From: Balanoglossus misakiensis
Taxonomy: Eukaryota; Animalia; Hemichordata
DNA: 64,000 nucleotides
Direction: 5' to 3'
Assembly: GCA_040954595.2 (NCBI GenBank)
Contig: CM082579.2
Span: 5,204,879 to 5,268,878 of the forward strand
How positions within the stretch are numbered: the first letter of the stretch is position 1; each line of letters starts with the position of its first letter. Shown here in pieces: positions 24,262-37,200 of the stretch. Position numbers and translations under genes: made by a program. The notes below the pieces were generated by a model. That model was not told the DNA's origin, made no database searches, and saw only the letters and a list, made by a program, of their open reading frames with translations.

Positions 24262-25533
24262 TCACTGGAAGATGCAAACCCTAATTACCTATGCAAACAA
24301 TGCAAACCCAGTGAGCCTCAGGAATATTTTTAAAAAATGAAGGAGAGAGTCAAAGAGGAAAATTAGCCAGTGTTGAGCAGCTGAAAATTATCAGTATTTT
24401 AATCCTTTCATCCCTTTTTGATGTACAATTATTTTTGGAGGGGCTGTCTGCTGGAAAATGTGTTTTTTAACATCCTACTTGGTAGGTAGATACCAAGCAT
24501 GGATCTAAATCAAAGACAACTGAGTGTGTACAATGTACATGATCATATTTTATGGATTCAATGTGGCACTGACTGTATATTTTGCGATGTGATTTTCGAA
24601 ATTTTATAATTGACTCATGACTGTCTTTCCCTCCTGTCTTCTTGATGTTTCAGATAAATTTGCAATAAAATCTTTCTCAATCTGATAGTTCTCTTATTTT
24701 TGTCTGCAAGTGCAGTCGGCACAGTAATGCACATCTTCTTCTTGTCATTTACACAACTGCTCTGTTATAAATTACTACTGCACATTTCCTCAGAATGAAA
24801 CACACATAAACATGATGATAAAATTATATAAGAGACATCATCAAAGCATTTGTCTTTGTCAATTTAAATCAGGTTTAGTACTTATGTAATGATTTCTGGA
24901 GTCTAAACAGAGGGGTGAGATTGTTATGTTTTTCTGAATGTGATTTTAAATGAGCCCAGTGAAGAATAGTTTCATTTATTGGACACATGATAAGGTTTGT
25001 TAATGTTATACACCGAAGGCAAGTTTCAACGGGGAGTACTTGGATAACAAAGTCCTTCAGTGTTTGGTACCCTGTACTTTTAACAGATTACGAATTTGCG
25101 ACCTTCAGACCGAATAATACCCTGCAAACTCGTACAGGCCTGGCAGAGTTCGTTAACCCATAGTCATCTCATGACAGTCACATGGTCTTGGGTGTTCCCA
25201 AAATGAGCAAGATGGACAGAATGTCATTGAAAATAAAAAAATACCTGAATGGGATTCCAGATATTTCTATGGGCTGTTTTTCGATCAACTGAACCACCAT
25301 AAAACTACATATTCAATGTTTGTTCCTTGCGTGTAAGGTTTTCTTTCTTCAGAATGCATAAAATGGAACACAAGAGAACACTTTTGTGTGTGTAATGCGA
25401 GTGTTTTGGAGGAAATATACATTTTCGTTAGCTATTTGCTAAACTGCTTGACAACTTGACATGTACCTACGAGAACTCCCCTCGATGCTCTTTTGTTTGT
25501 GGAGCTGTGCAAAGCATGATGGGAAACACCAAC

Positions 25534-27312
25534 ATGGCTATCACCAAGGGAAGCATGCTTGTCCTGACGGCTCTCGCTTTCGTCGCTTGTTTTAGTTTCC
25601 AGCGTGTCGCTGCTCATCCAGTCGACGAGACGCTTCAGTATAAGCTGCTGATGGACCTGCTGAGTATTCCACAGAAGCCTCACAGTTCGAACACTACAAG
25701 GGTAAGTCCTGTTTACTCGGCAAGGGTTCGATCGTCTCAGTGTGCCCGGCGTTCAGTGCTGGCCGGCCGGTTGCGTGTACTTTACTCACATGATCCCTCG
25801 TACCACGCAGTCACGTGTATACACATGCATTGATCATTTCGCGAGCTTGTGGTATTGTTTTCCACAAGAAATTTAAAATACATAAAATGACGGCGGCAAT
25901 GGGAATACAAGCAATGAAGTGGGAAGGGGGGCGTCACCTTTTGATCTGGTCAAATCGGCCTTCTAATAAATGAACCTTGGAGTTTATCCTCCAAATCAAA
26001 ACTGATTAAACGCCTCCTGTTTTCTCAAACTATCAAAGTTTTAAGCTTTGGACGGAAAAAGAATATCTCTATTTAAAACTTGCTTGCTCAAATAGTAGTG
26101 AGTACTTGTATGTGTTTTTGTCAAAAATCAGTTGAGGTCAAAGGTTAGTACTTTACTAGTAGTTACCATAGTAACACTGTCTATGGCTCTGTTATGCCAT
26201 CAGCAGCTGATAATCATGTGATGATGCGATACGTCATCTGATGGCCAACCTTTGATTCTTTCAATGTACACAATTACCATTTTGAATAAAAGATAATTGG
26301 AGTTTTGAGCATAAATACAACTATACTGCAGAAGCATCTGTGATATTGCTTATTTGCACCCCTGGAATTCATAAGTGGGTGCATATTCATTTAATTGTGC
26401 ATGTTCATTGTATTTCAGCTTGGCATGACCTGGAAAAATTGTGGTTCTGCATCGGATCCCGTACACGCCAGTGTTGTGATCACACCAGAAACGATCCCAA
26501 TCCCGGGCAACGTACAACTCTCATTCAATGCCACCTTTGACATTACATTCGGTGCTCCCTTAAAGGTGGACCTTAAACTTAAAAAGAAGGTAAAGGATCT
26601 AGTAAGGATTTGTACTGTCACATGGCCATGTAATCTGCCAGCTATTATTTACTTGCTATATTTATCAAAATGTCACAAGTTTTGTTCACATTGTCAGAAA
26701 TTGAATGCGCCCGTCTCATAAGACTTTGCATTCATATAATTAATATCTCATCCATACCTGTAGATCGTAGGCGTATTTGTGGAAATTCCATGTGTTGACA
26801 ACATCGGATCGTGTACCTATGATGATGTGTGTTCAATGATTCCATTTCCACCATCTGATCCGTGTCCTGAACCTCTCAGTACTTACAAGATACCCTGCCA
26901 GTGCCCATTTCCAAAGGTAGGTCACAATCACTATTAACGTTTAGTACTTCAATATCTTTGTAAACTTAGCATAATTACATAGTAGATTCCTCCAAAAAGA
27001 AATGTATCCTATCCCATAGATCAAGTATCAAAAGTTTGTCTGTTTTCTATAGATACTTATTAAACTTGCTTCAAATAATTTGGCCAATTATACAACAACA
27101 GTCATTTGAATATGGTGGCATAAATAACACCGGACAATTTTTCACATTTTCAGGGCATGTACAGTCTTCCACCAAGTTCCATAGACATTCCGACCATACC
27201 AGATGTACCTACTTGGTTAACAGACGGAGATTACCAAGTTACTGCTCACCTCAGCATGAGTGGTCAAGCTCTTGCTTGCTATGAGGCTGATGTTTCCCTG
27301 AAGGCTGACTGA
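25534..27312 (+). CDS. GM2A: Ganglioside GM2 activator-like (ML domain), copy 1, 4 exons
   Basis: Exons 25534-25701 (signal peptide), 26419-26589 (WKNCG..PETIPIPGNV), 26764-26916 (EIPCVDNIGSCTYDDVC..IPCQCPFPK) and 27154-27312 (GMYSLP..PTWLTDGDY..LACY). The start may be 25516 or 25519; 25534 was chosen by alignment with copy 2. Confidence 0.9.
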
Positions 27313-27347
27313 GCTGAGCGCCCTCAACGTCAATTATTACGCAGACT

Positions 27348-27421
27348 AGTCGCTTAGCAACAAACGTGCCTATGCACGGTTTTTATCCAGGTCTCACAGT
27401 CGCTTAGCAACAAACGTGCCT
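27348..27421 (+). repeat. 24-bp perfect direct repeat (2 copies, 50-bp period) in the GM2A copy 1 3' UTR
   Basis: agtcgcttagcaacaaacgtgcct at 27348-27371 and 27398-27421. Confidence 0.9.
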
Positions 27422-27643
27422 TTCATTTGCAAATATGTAGTATCAATGCAGTTTGTATTTAATACAAAAATTAATGATAAATCAGTAGATCAAACTTTTT
27501 ATGATTAGAGAGATTTTTATACAAAGAATAATTATTTAACTTAAATACGTATGTAGGCAAAAATTCCTGCTGTTGCAAATAACTGTATATTTCGGTAGGT
27601 AATCTCTCTTCGCTTACAATTATTTAAGCAGATCAGCTTTCTA

Positions 27644-27685
27644 TAAGAATTTTTGCTCATGCACTAAGAATTTTTCCTCATGCAC
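27644..27685. repeat. 21-bp tandem duplication
   Basis: taagaattttt[g/c]ctcatgcac x2. Confidence 0.85.
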
Positions 27686-28552
27686 TTTGTAACATGTTTA
27701 ATGCAATGAAAAAATTCATCTCATTGGTGCCGAGTTATTCCTTGGCAAAAGTCTTGTTTTGGTATAAAATCTCAAGTGTAATACCCATAGTGGGGACAGC
27801 TAAAAAAAACTCTTTATTACACTCTCTCACTGTGTCAAACTTATTATCCAATCATGGTGCTTCTTTTAATGGATTCAAGTATCTTATTCTATGTCATGTT
27901 CAGCTTTGGTGACTTATGAAAAATCAGAGTATTGATTATTACTGAAATAATTTCCATTTGACTATTCAGGGCTATTTGACAAGTTGTCTATTTACAGTGT
28001 CACTTATTTCATACAAAAGTGATGAAATCACAAACTTTTACATTATGGGAAATACCTTCAACTTTGTACTCTTCCACTGTTAAATCTTCCATATTACTCG
28101 AGACAATTCGAGAATGAATTTTATTGAAATAAACCATGTTATCAGTGATGTAGCAACTTATCAGGAAAATGATTAAAATTGGAGATGGGATGAAATAAAA
28201 ATGCACTGGTGAATGTGCTTAAATACGAACTGTCTTGATCATGTTGATTACAATGAAAGAAACTTGGTATTCCTAATGTTCACACCTATAGCCAAGGATC
28301 CTTGTAAAATGAAATCAACATACTGGTTTATAAAGTGTGATGTTCCACATAAATATTAAGTTTTTGGTCAGTACCAAAATTATATGGTAGAAGTATTCTC
28401 ATTTTATACCCATGTACAGGGTCTGAGTTAAGATATAACAACTTGTCGTTTGTACATTAAGTACATGTAAGTCAGAAAAAAACGTACTGTATAGCACGTA
28501 TTTACGACGTGCACTTCAATAGACGAGGTCAACGAATTGTGCAAATACCAAC

Positions 28553-30243
28553 ATGTCTATCAAGACAGGAAGCATGCGTGTCCTTGTGGGTCTTACTTTT
28601 GTGGTCTGCTTTAGTTTCATTTATGTCGCAGCTCGACCAGTCGGCGACTCACTTCACTATAACATTCCGGTGGACTCACTGAAGTTGCTTTACGTCCCAC
28701 AGAAACCTCACGGATCGAACATTACAAGGGTAAGTCTCATAACCCGGTTTCACTGCATGCTTGGCTGACCTAGTCTAGAACCAGGCTGACCGACTGGCTG
28801 CAACGTGCTCAAGAAAGTCGACCACGCGGTCCCAGTATGTGGGTTCACAGATAAAAGGTATAGGCAAGCGTTTGCATCTCTGACATCAACAGGAATGCAC
28901 TGAATGCCCATTCAACCTCGAGAAGCAGTGTATGTTATTCGTCCCATAGACATTTCACCAATACATGGTGTCCAATGAAGACACCATGGCGATCATTGCG
29001 TGATTCAAGGATAGGGCGGTGTCCCACTCCATACACTGAGACAATTAAGACGTACAACTCCGGCAACTTCACATATCTCTCAGTGAGACCCATTTTTGAC
29101 ATATGACCTACTTACGTTACGTTAAGTATGGAAATAGGTTATAAACGGTATGCTCCCTGACTCTCGGTATTTGTTAGACAAAATAATATAGTAGGTGTTA
29201 CTATGACCACAAGTATCTTTGAAGTTTGATCAAATCCAGAGCACTCTGTAGTAACCCGTTTTTTCGACAATATCTTTCGAATTTGATAGTTGGTCGAGCC
29301 TTGGTCCACTGGGCTATTCAAGCGTCTTATCCTTCAAGACCCTGATTTTTGTTTGTTCACACGCATTTTTACAACAGCTTGGCATGACGTGGACGGATTG
29401 CGGTCCTCCAACGAATCCCGTTCATGCCAATATCGCAATCACACCTGAAGTCATCCCCATCCCGGGTGACATTCAGGTAACATTCGACTCGACCCTTGAC
29501 ATCACAGTGGACGCTCCCCTGAAATTGCAACTGGAACTGGAAAAGGAGGTAAGATATTGAAGCGTGTGACATCGTATTATTTGTGCAATGGACTACAATG
29601 AGCTTATTTCCAGCGCATGTTTCACAAGAGGTGTTTGCGTTGTTATTGGTAACATACATTCTTTCAAACCGTAATTTTAACAAGCTAATGGCTTAAAGAG
29701 TACACTAATTGCAAGTGACACGAACTAAGTTCACTGAACCAAAAATAAAGTTGTTACTCCCTTTTTAAAATAGAAAACTTGATGGTAATTCTTTCGACAG
29801 GTCTTTGGTTTTTATCTACCAATCCCTTGTGTTGACAACTTAGGGTCGTGTACATATGATGATGTGTGTTCAATGATTCCCTTTCCACCATCTGATCCGT
29901 GTCCAGAACCTCTCAGCACTTACAAGATACCCTGCCGATGTCCCTTTCCAAAGGTAAAATTCTGACATTGCTCGGTTTCTGACTACTTTTGATTTACATA
30001 TGTTCCATACATGTGTGTCGTAGAAAAAAATCAATCACATCGATGCAAATTCACGACTTGATTTACAATGAACTTGATTTCCAGGGTGTTTACCGTATCC
30101 CACCAACGAGCATAACCATCCCAAAGATACCACTGCCACCATGGTTCACAAACGGCAATTACCGGGCAAGAATGCACTTCACCATGAGGGACATCGAACT
30201 GGCATGCTACTTTGCAGAGTTCTCTGTCGAAGTTACCAGATAA
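28553..30243 (+). CDS. GM2A: Ganglioside GM2 activator-like (ML domain), copy 2, 4 exons
   Basis: Exons 28553-28729, 29378-29548, 29801-29953 and 30085-30243. Same intron positions and Cys pattern as copy 1 (IPCVDNLGSCTYDDVC, IPCRCPFPK, PPWFTNGNY, LACY). Confidence 0.9.
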
Positions 30244-31245
30244 CGTGCAGAAAATTACATCCGCAATACTTCAAGTCACCAGTGTTTGCACCATAGCAAA
30301 CAATTTATCGTCGCTTTCTTCACATTCAACTCACTGCCATATATCTAGCTCTCTTGTTTCTAGGAGATCGTGACTGATACAAACATCACTAGAAGACTTA
30401 TTTGGCACATGTGCACTGGACAGTACGGCTGTAATGACGTTTTGAATACAAAATAAAAGAAAATATACTTGAACACTGTTTGAGATTTCTAGCTCAAGTA
30501 AGCCACAATTATTGATTGTATCGAACCTCCATGGCGTATGTCTCAGCGACAGTTCGTTTCTCGGGCTTCAAAATGATCAATCTCATGATGTGACGAGACA
30601 AACGTGATGTTTTCGCGCCCCCTATCGAGCAGAGCTGTAGGAAGCCGAAATCGCCAGTAGCTGAAATCGGAACACATTTTGAGGTAATTGAGTCTGAGTC
30701 GCGTATTTTGCTATAATTTAAGTTGACAATTAGAAATGTTTTATACTGACATGCTGGGAGAAACAAGACAAGTAACTGCTGTTAGTTGCGATAATTTTCC
30801 TTAGTCTGTGCCCGAGACTAGCCGTGGAGCAAAACGTTTCTTATTTGGCATGCACATATTATTACAAGTCGATATCGATGTGTGGAATGATGATTAAATC
30901 GAGTTAAGGGTGCCATTTGTCAACCCCTTACACAATCGTCAACCTCTCGGGAAATGGATCGGTCCGCCAACCGTCACTACGTGTGTAGCTCATAGCACAC
31001 ACGGCTAGCACGGTGAGTGGGTTGTTTGGCCAATTGGATACGCGGCCGGCGAACACACGTATATACGTATACGTCGTCATAAAACTATTACCTGAGAACT
31101 CTCTCGCCCACCTCACTAGACTACATGGAGTCACCACCGTAGCCGCCCAGGACTCCGCCAGTGTTGATGCCAGAGCTGAACCGCGAACAGCTGCAGCCGC
31201 CTGCGCGCAAAAAAACTGCGAGGTCCGCATAGACGCCGATGAAAT

Positions 31246-34200
31246 ATGTTATTCGCGATAACTCTGTTTATGGTACTTTCGGGTAAGTTTTTATTTTTGC
31301 GCTAACTTGAGTTCTGTGTTTATACACATGGTACTTAGTTTGTCTCTGTGTTATATATCAACATTGTTCAGGCGCCCGTTGATTCAACGCCCCAAGTTAT
31401 GTCACTATATCTTGCAGTGACTGGGGCTTTCTGACAACTTACGTCTAAGACGTTTTACAGTAATCGTCTGAAAGTGATTTAGGTACGCGTTTAGTTGCTG
31501 AAGTGACCGTCATAATGTGTGTTCAGCTATAGTATATGAGATGATAATCTTTGAAAGTGAAGATGTATACAGGTATGAATGTGTTTTATGACTCGCATTA
31601 TAGATAAAGTATCGTGAGCATGCATTTATCATCTTTATATGAGTAATCGTGTAGCATTTATCATCCGTGTGACCGAACGTTATTTATTACTTTTGCAAGA
31701 ATATTGGACCATTGCACGTGAAACATATTTGTTTCATAAAATCATATTTTGTTGCATTAGTTATTTCTCTCTCTGTAGCGAAATCATGAAGAAACTTGAT
31801 AAATTGGCCTTTCTACCGATATCATTCCTATCCAGCAGCGGGCAGATCAGATTCGTTGGTCAAAACGTGACAGTATTGCGACCGTCTACTCGTACAGCCA
31901 GATAAAAAAAAACTCTTTCGTGGTTGCCATAATTTTATCTCAGTGCAGTTCTTGTTATGAATGTCGTCACTCCAAATTCCCTAGATAACAAAGCTTCAAT
32001 ATCGACTTCAGTTGCGCCGCACATGTCCGGTCTATCGATTAACACGTTTTTAAACGACGAGCTCGAAGATAATCAAGACACAACACCATTTGTCAATGAC
32101 ACATATTGGGGAAAAATCACAAATTATCGGAAATAGAATTTCCATATTTGCATCCACTTAAAAATCATGAAAGATTGGCGACTGAAAAAAAAAATCATTT
32201 GAAAGCCGAACTGTCGCCATGAGTGGACAGGATGAGATTGTACGCAAAATACTACGAGAGACTTTCCTGACAACTTACGCACTTCATTTCACGACAGTGT
32301 CAATATCACCGCATTTATTCTTTCTATTTCGAGTTTTCTTACATATAATCGTTCGTATTGTTTAACACGTAGACAAGTTTACCGTCCTTGATGCCGTTTG
32401 GAGCAACATTTTTCTCACAACAACAACAGTTACGGAGAGAGACATGTCTTATGCTTACTGTTGTCCTTATGCAAGAAAGCCAGCTGTGCGAACAGCTTGT
32501 TCAAAACATTTTTCAACACCGACACTGTTTGAGATTTTGACACGTACTGTTTGATCCCCAGTCGGACATGGCACGCACAGACATTCTTATTTTTGTATAA
32601 ACATTCTCTAAATATAGATTTCGGAATCAATGTGTTCCAAATGATCCGCCACAACACGACGAGAAATGTCATTAAAATCTTGACGGCGTCTGAAATGTCA
32701 CGGCACCCTGCGCACTCTAAGAAAACAAAATTGGTCGCTACTTCTCTTTCAGGCATCAACCAGCGATGATAGAAACGTATACCGACGAGCTGGTATGATG
32801 GTGTTCTAGAAGCTAGCTATCCATCCGTGTTTGGGTTCTCTGCTTACCAGACGAGACTTTATCACCACTTGCATCAAAGGTCTCCAATGATATTGTGTTA
32901 CCTCGCCATTACGGAGCACGCAAAGAAATGTTCCGTACGTTGTCAATTAAAAGTTACAAGGTTGACCAATGTGTTTGTACCAAGTGGGTCTCAGGTGATG
33001 GACACATCACCTTGTGACAGAACAAACGCCGCCAATCCGTCTAGCAACCTGCACCGTATTCAACACTGTATTACAGTATTGCACTACAGACAGTAGCTGC
33101 TGTCTAAGATGCTGTCTGGATGGCAAGATGTTCCGTAATCATGATCATCCCACTCGTAGCAGCTTGCCGATAATTAACGAGCTTTGAAATATCAAAGTAT
33201 TAGCCGGTATGATGATGGTTTGCGTAGAATGTTAATAGGACGTTTCGCCTGAGGTGCTTTTATAATGAAAATTGTAACCTATAATAACTTCTAATGAGCC
33301 TACAGATTTTTTTGTTATTTCGATAATCATAGTAGTGTCCATGAAATGCATATTTTCATATGACGGATTGTTTATCTAAAATGCACCGGTGTTTCAGTAG
33401 GAGTGCCGTTGCATGACGACTAGCCGTCCGAATCTTATGAAACTTGCTCACCCGACCGCCCGTAACTATCACGTACACTCACTTGACTGCGTTTTATAAT
33501 GGGGTTACCCAGGCGCCGTCTTTTGACTATTATAGGCCCTACATTCCCCCCAAAACGTGTAAATTACTGTCAATAGTCACATAATAGTTCCCACACACAT
33601 CACCGAAACATGGTTTGATATCTGGATGGTGTGTGATATTTGCACCGGGAAACACGATGCATACATCGCTTTATATAGTATTGTTTATAATTTCGTGCTA
33701 TTTTCATCCTATTTTGCAAAAACCTTACAAAAATAATCAAAAGTCGTTGCTATGCTGACCGTCTTTTAGGGACACTGATCTACGATATACTCACACGAAG
33801 CCACCGGCATTAGAATCTCAGGAAACCGTGTATTGCGATAAACGGTTCTTCAAAGGCGCACTGATTGTGCCTTCGGGCGACTGTCTGGTATTTTGAAATA
33901 TAGGGCCACGTTATACACGTTGATTTGTTCTTCTACTCGATAAGCTTTCACGTATTGAACGGCGTTGAAATGAACCCAATGATTTGCGATACTAGAGTTT
34001 GCCCATTTCGAAAAATATGTGATTTTCGATTTGATTTTCTAACTTACTATTATTCCTTTTAGCTGTAGGGCTAAGATGTTGCATTCTAAGGCAGGATAAA
34101 CCTGTTGCGCATTTCCTACTGGTTAACGTTGTGCTGTATCTCGAATGTAACTTCCGTATACTATTTACATCAACGCAATAAAATCAACAACGTAGTCTAT

Positions 34201-37200
34201 GCAAACAGACTAACCCCCTGCATAGTATTCATGCCATCATGCCCTCACCATGTTTCGCTTTTATCGGATGGACGTGATCGCATATATCTCTGTTACCAGT
34301 ATTCGACTGTGTGGACCTCTGTATGATATCTACTAATGAGAAATTTCAGTATTAAATTTACGCTTGTTGTATAATAGAGTAGTCTATTGCCCTACGAGCC
34401 ACTTCGTGAGAACACTTTCGTTTTGTAGTGAACGCGGGCGTAACGGATGGTTGCAAGACACGAACAAAACAGCATTATCCATCATGCTTGTTAGCATTAA
34501 TAACATCACATTGAGAAAATGACTTCTACAGAATTCTTGAGTCAGCAACGGAAAATTCATGAGTTAAAAGGCTAACTATCAATCAAGATAAGTTTTTTTT
34601 CCAGTCGGGGAAAATGACGCAGGTTGAAAGATTAACTGTGCACGTGGTGACACTTATATTGCACACGGAAGTCGTCATGATTTGTCATATAGATTCATTA
34701 CAGTCTCACGCGGTCGAGAAGTTGCTGTTAGGAAAAATGGTTTATTCGAAACGAGTGTATATATTTTTCTTCCTCTATCAGCTCGGACAATGCCACAATA
34801 TTAAATGTCATTCATCTACATGTAAAGTAACCATGGAATGTCAACAAATCGCTTTGTTGATCATTTTAAATGTAAACATGGAAGAACGATGCCTACATTT
34901 TATCAACACAAAAACTCTACTCTTGCAATATTATTGATTTCGTTTGGTAAGAAAATCCGCGGAATGTGCTTCGGACAACAGATCAATAAATAATGCCAAA
35001 TATTGGAGACCGTTGTCGGATTGCCTTTTCGCGGAAATTAGTTGGTACTTAATGATTAATTATATCATGAATGACCAACATTGAGCACTGTTGAATGTGA
35101 TTATCAGCAAACTATATCACGGGACGCGCAGCCTCAGATGGGACGACACCCACCCTTTTAATAATTTAACGGTTGCGAAAGTGACAAGTAGACTTCATTG
35201 TTCTTCTGCACCCCATATATTCACCTTCACAATAACAACCAATTTTTTTCCCAAGACAGCCGATCACATAGTTGCTCCAATGAAGATGGATGGAGTCGTG
35301 TTTTGACCCCGTACAACCTGTGCTGATAGATTTTCCGAGGCTGTCTGTGGAAATGAAACGACTTGTATTCTATGTGTATAAATCGAGCAATTTCCCCGAG
35401 TTCTCGACCTTCGCGCTCTGACAACTGTTGCGAATGTGATTAATTCCCTTTCAACTTGTTCGATTCTGTGTTTTCTTGCCTTTGGCGACCATCTTCCCAC
35501 CTATTTGTCTGAATTCAAGGTTATCAGGTGCAACTGTTCAAATATATATAATATGAACATCACCACCTGAAAGCTTACATTTCTACTGTGTGATGTCCTT
35601 AATGATTAAAACATGCACTCGTTGACGAATTATCTACGGCGAGGAGGATAGCTGTAGGGTACTTTTTGCATAGTTCTATCATTCTTTTTTTCAACCCGAA
35701 GTTTTTTTCTGTCAGTAGCAACATAACGGAACATGCCTACCAACCGGCAAATTGAATTTATGCAACAACTAAGCAGGGATGATTAGGCAAATTGGTCGTC
35801 AGAGAGTTTCTCTCACCCTACAATAATCTACACACACGAGATATGCTTTTATGTTATTACAAACGTTGACATATTAGCGAACTTCTTGAATTTATCACAA
35901 CGAAATGCGATATAGCTTCACGGTGGATTTGGACACACTTTCGAACAGACTTCTTCATTCACTTGCATTTGATATTTACAATGTATTATGTAAAAATCCA
36001 GGCATTTGTATTTTGAAGTGCTTCATCATGGCTACCGATTGCCGTGACGTATGCCGACATTTCTGCAAGACTCAAGGCATAAAATGCAAATTTGATGATT
36101 GGTATAGATTTAGCTGCTCAGGCCAGTCTTGCGTCATTAATAGGTTCATATTTCTTTCTAATTCATGGAATATGTTATCAACATTAAAGCATGTAATGTA
36201 TATTTGATAATCGTTCGTGTGATTTGAATAGGCTGGCGGACTTCTGACGTCATATGTACGGCGTTTCGTGCAATTCCAGTTCGATGGCAGATCGTAACGT
36301 GAAACAGCGGTGCATTGATGCCGAAAAGTCAAGAGTGAAATATCACGAACTTTTGACGAAATCGGACATATATACCGTTTGATACCTAAATATTTGATGA
36401 TCAAGAAGGGTTACGCCTGCCACGCTACACGGACTTTTGACTTGAGCTAACAAATAAAAAAATAAGCGAAAAAGAAATACAGCTATATTTTCTTTTCTAA
36501 AGACGAGTGGTTTACATGCGGACCATGGAAAAGGCGGAATTTATACTTGAAATTGCAAGCGATTCTTTCTCTTATGCGACCAAAATCCTCGCATCCATCT
36601 TTAGCCATGGTGATAACGAGCTAACGAACGTTTAAACCACAGTGTTATAGCAACATCTATCCGTTGGCATGGAAACATAAATCATGGTCAGATGAATTTC
36701 GAGTTTCCTATAGAAAAAAATGTTCATGTGATTATATCCGGTTTCGTTCAAATCGCGGCGGCTCAGTTTGAAATCACTCTGATCAAATGTGAAAGACAAA
36801 TCAACAAAAACAAATCAACTCATATAGACAGTAAAGACCACCCGGTTTTACATTTCATGCAGTATTGATACAGTAATTGCCGGCTACGTCAACGTAAGTC
36901 TACACCAATGTCATCATTGCAAGAGGGGCTACTTCTTGAGGTGCTGACACCCACGTAGAGAGAAAAGTGCATTTGCCCAAGAGTCGCTTTCTCCAGTTGC
37001 CTTGCATGTGTTCTGCGATTAAACACGGGTAAGCGGTAGCAAAAGTTAAGATTTACAAACTGACAGTGGGTAATAAAGTTAATGCCAAAACAAGGTATGC
37101 CTGTGGAGACGCACGCAATATATGATTCATGTCGCCACTCAGGGCACGCAACGGTGAATTGGTAATCACCGCTTTGCAATATGATATTGATGAGGAAGTG

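Noticed and set aside
27348-27421. CRISPR-like repeat-spacer-repeat
   Set aside because: Only two repeats, located in a eukaryotic 3' UTR, with no cas genes.
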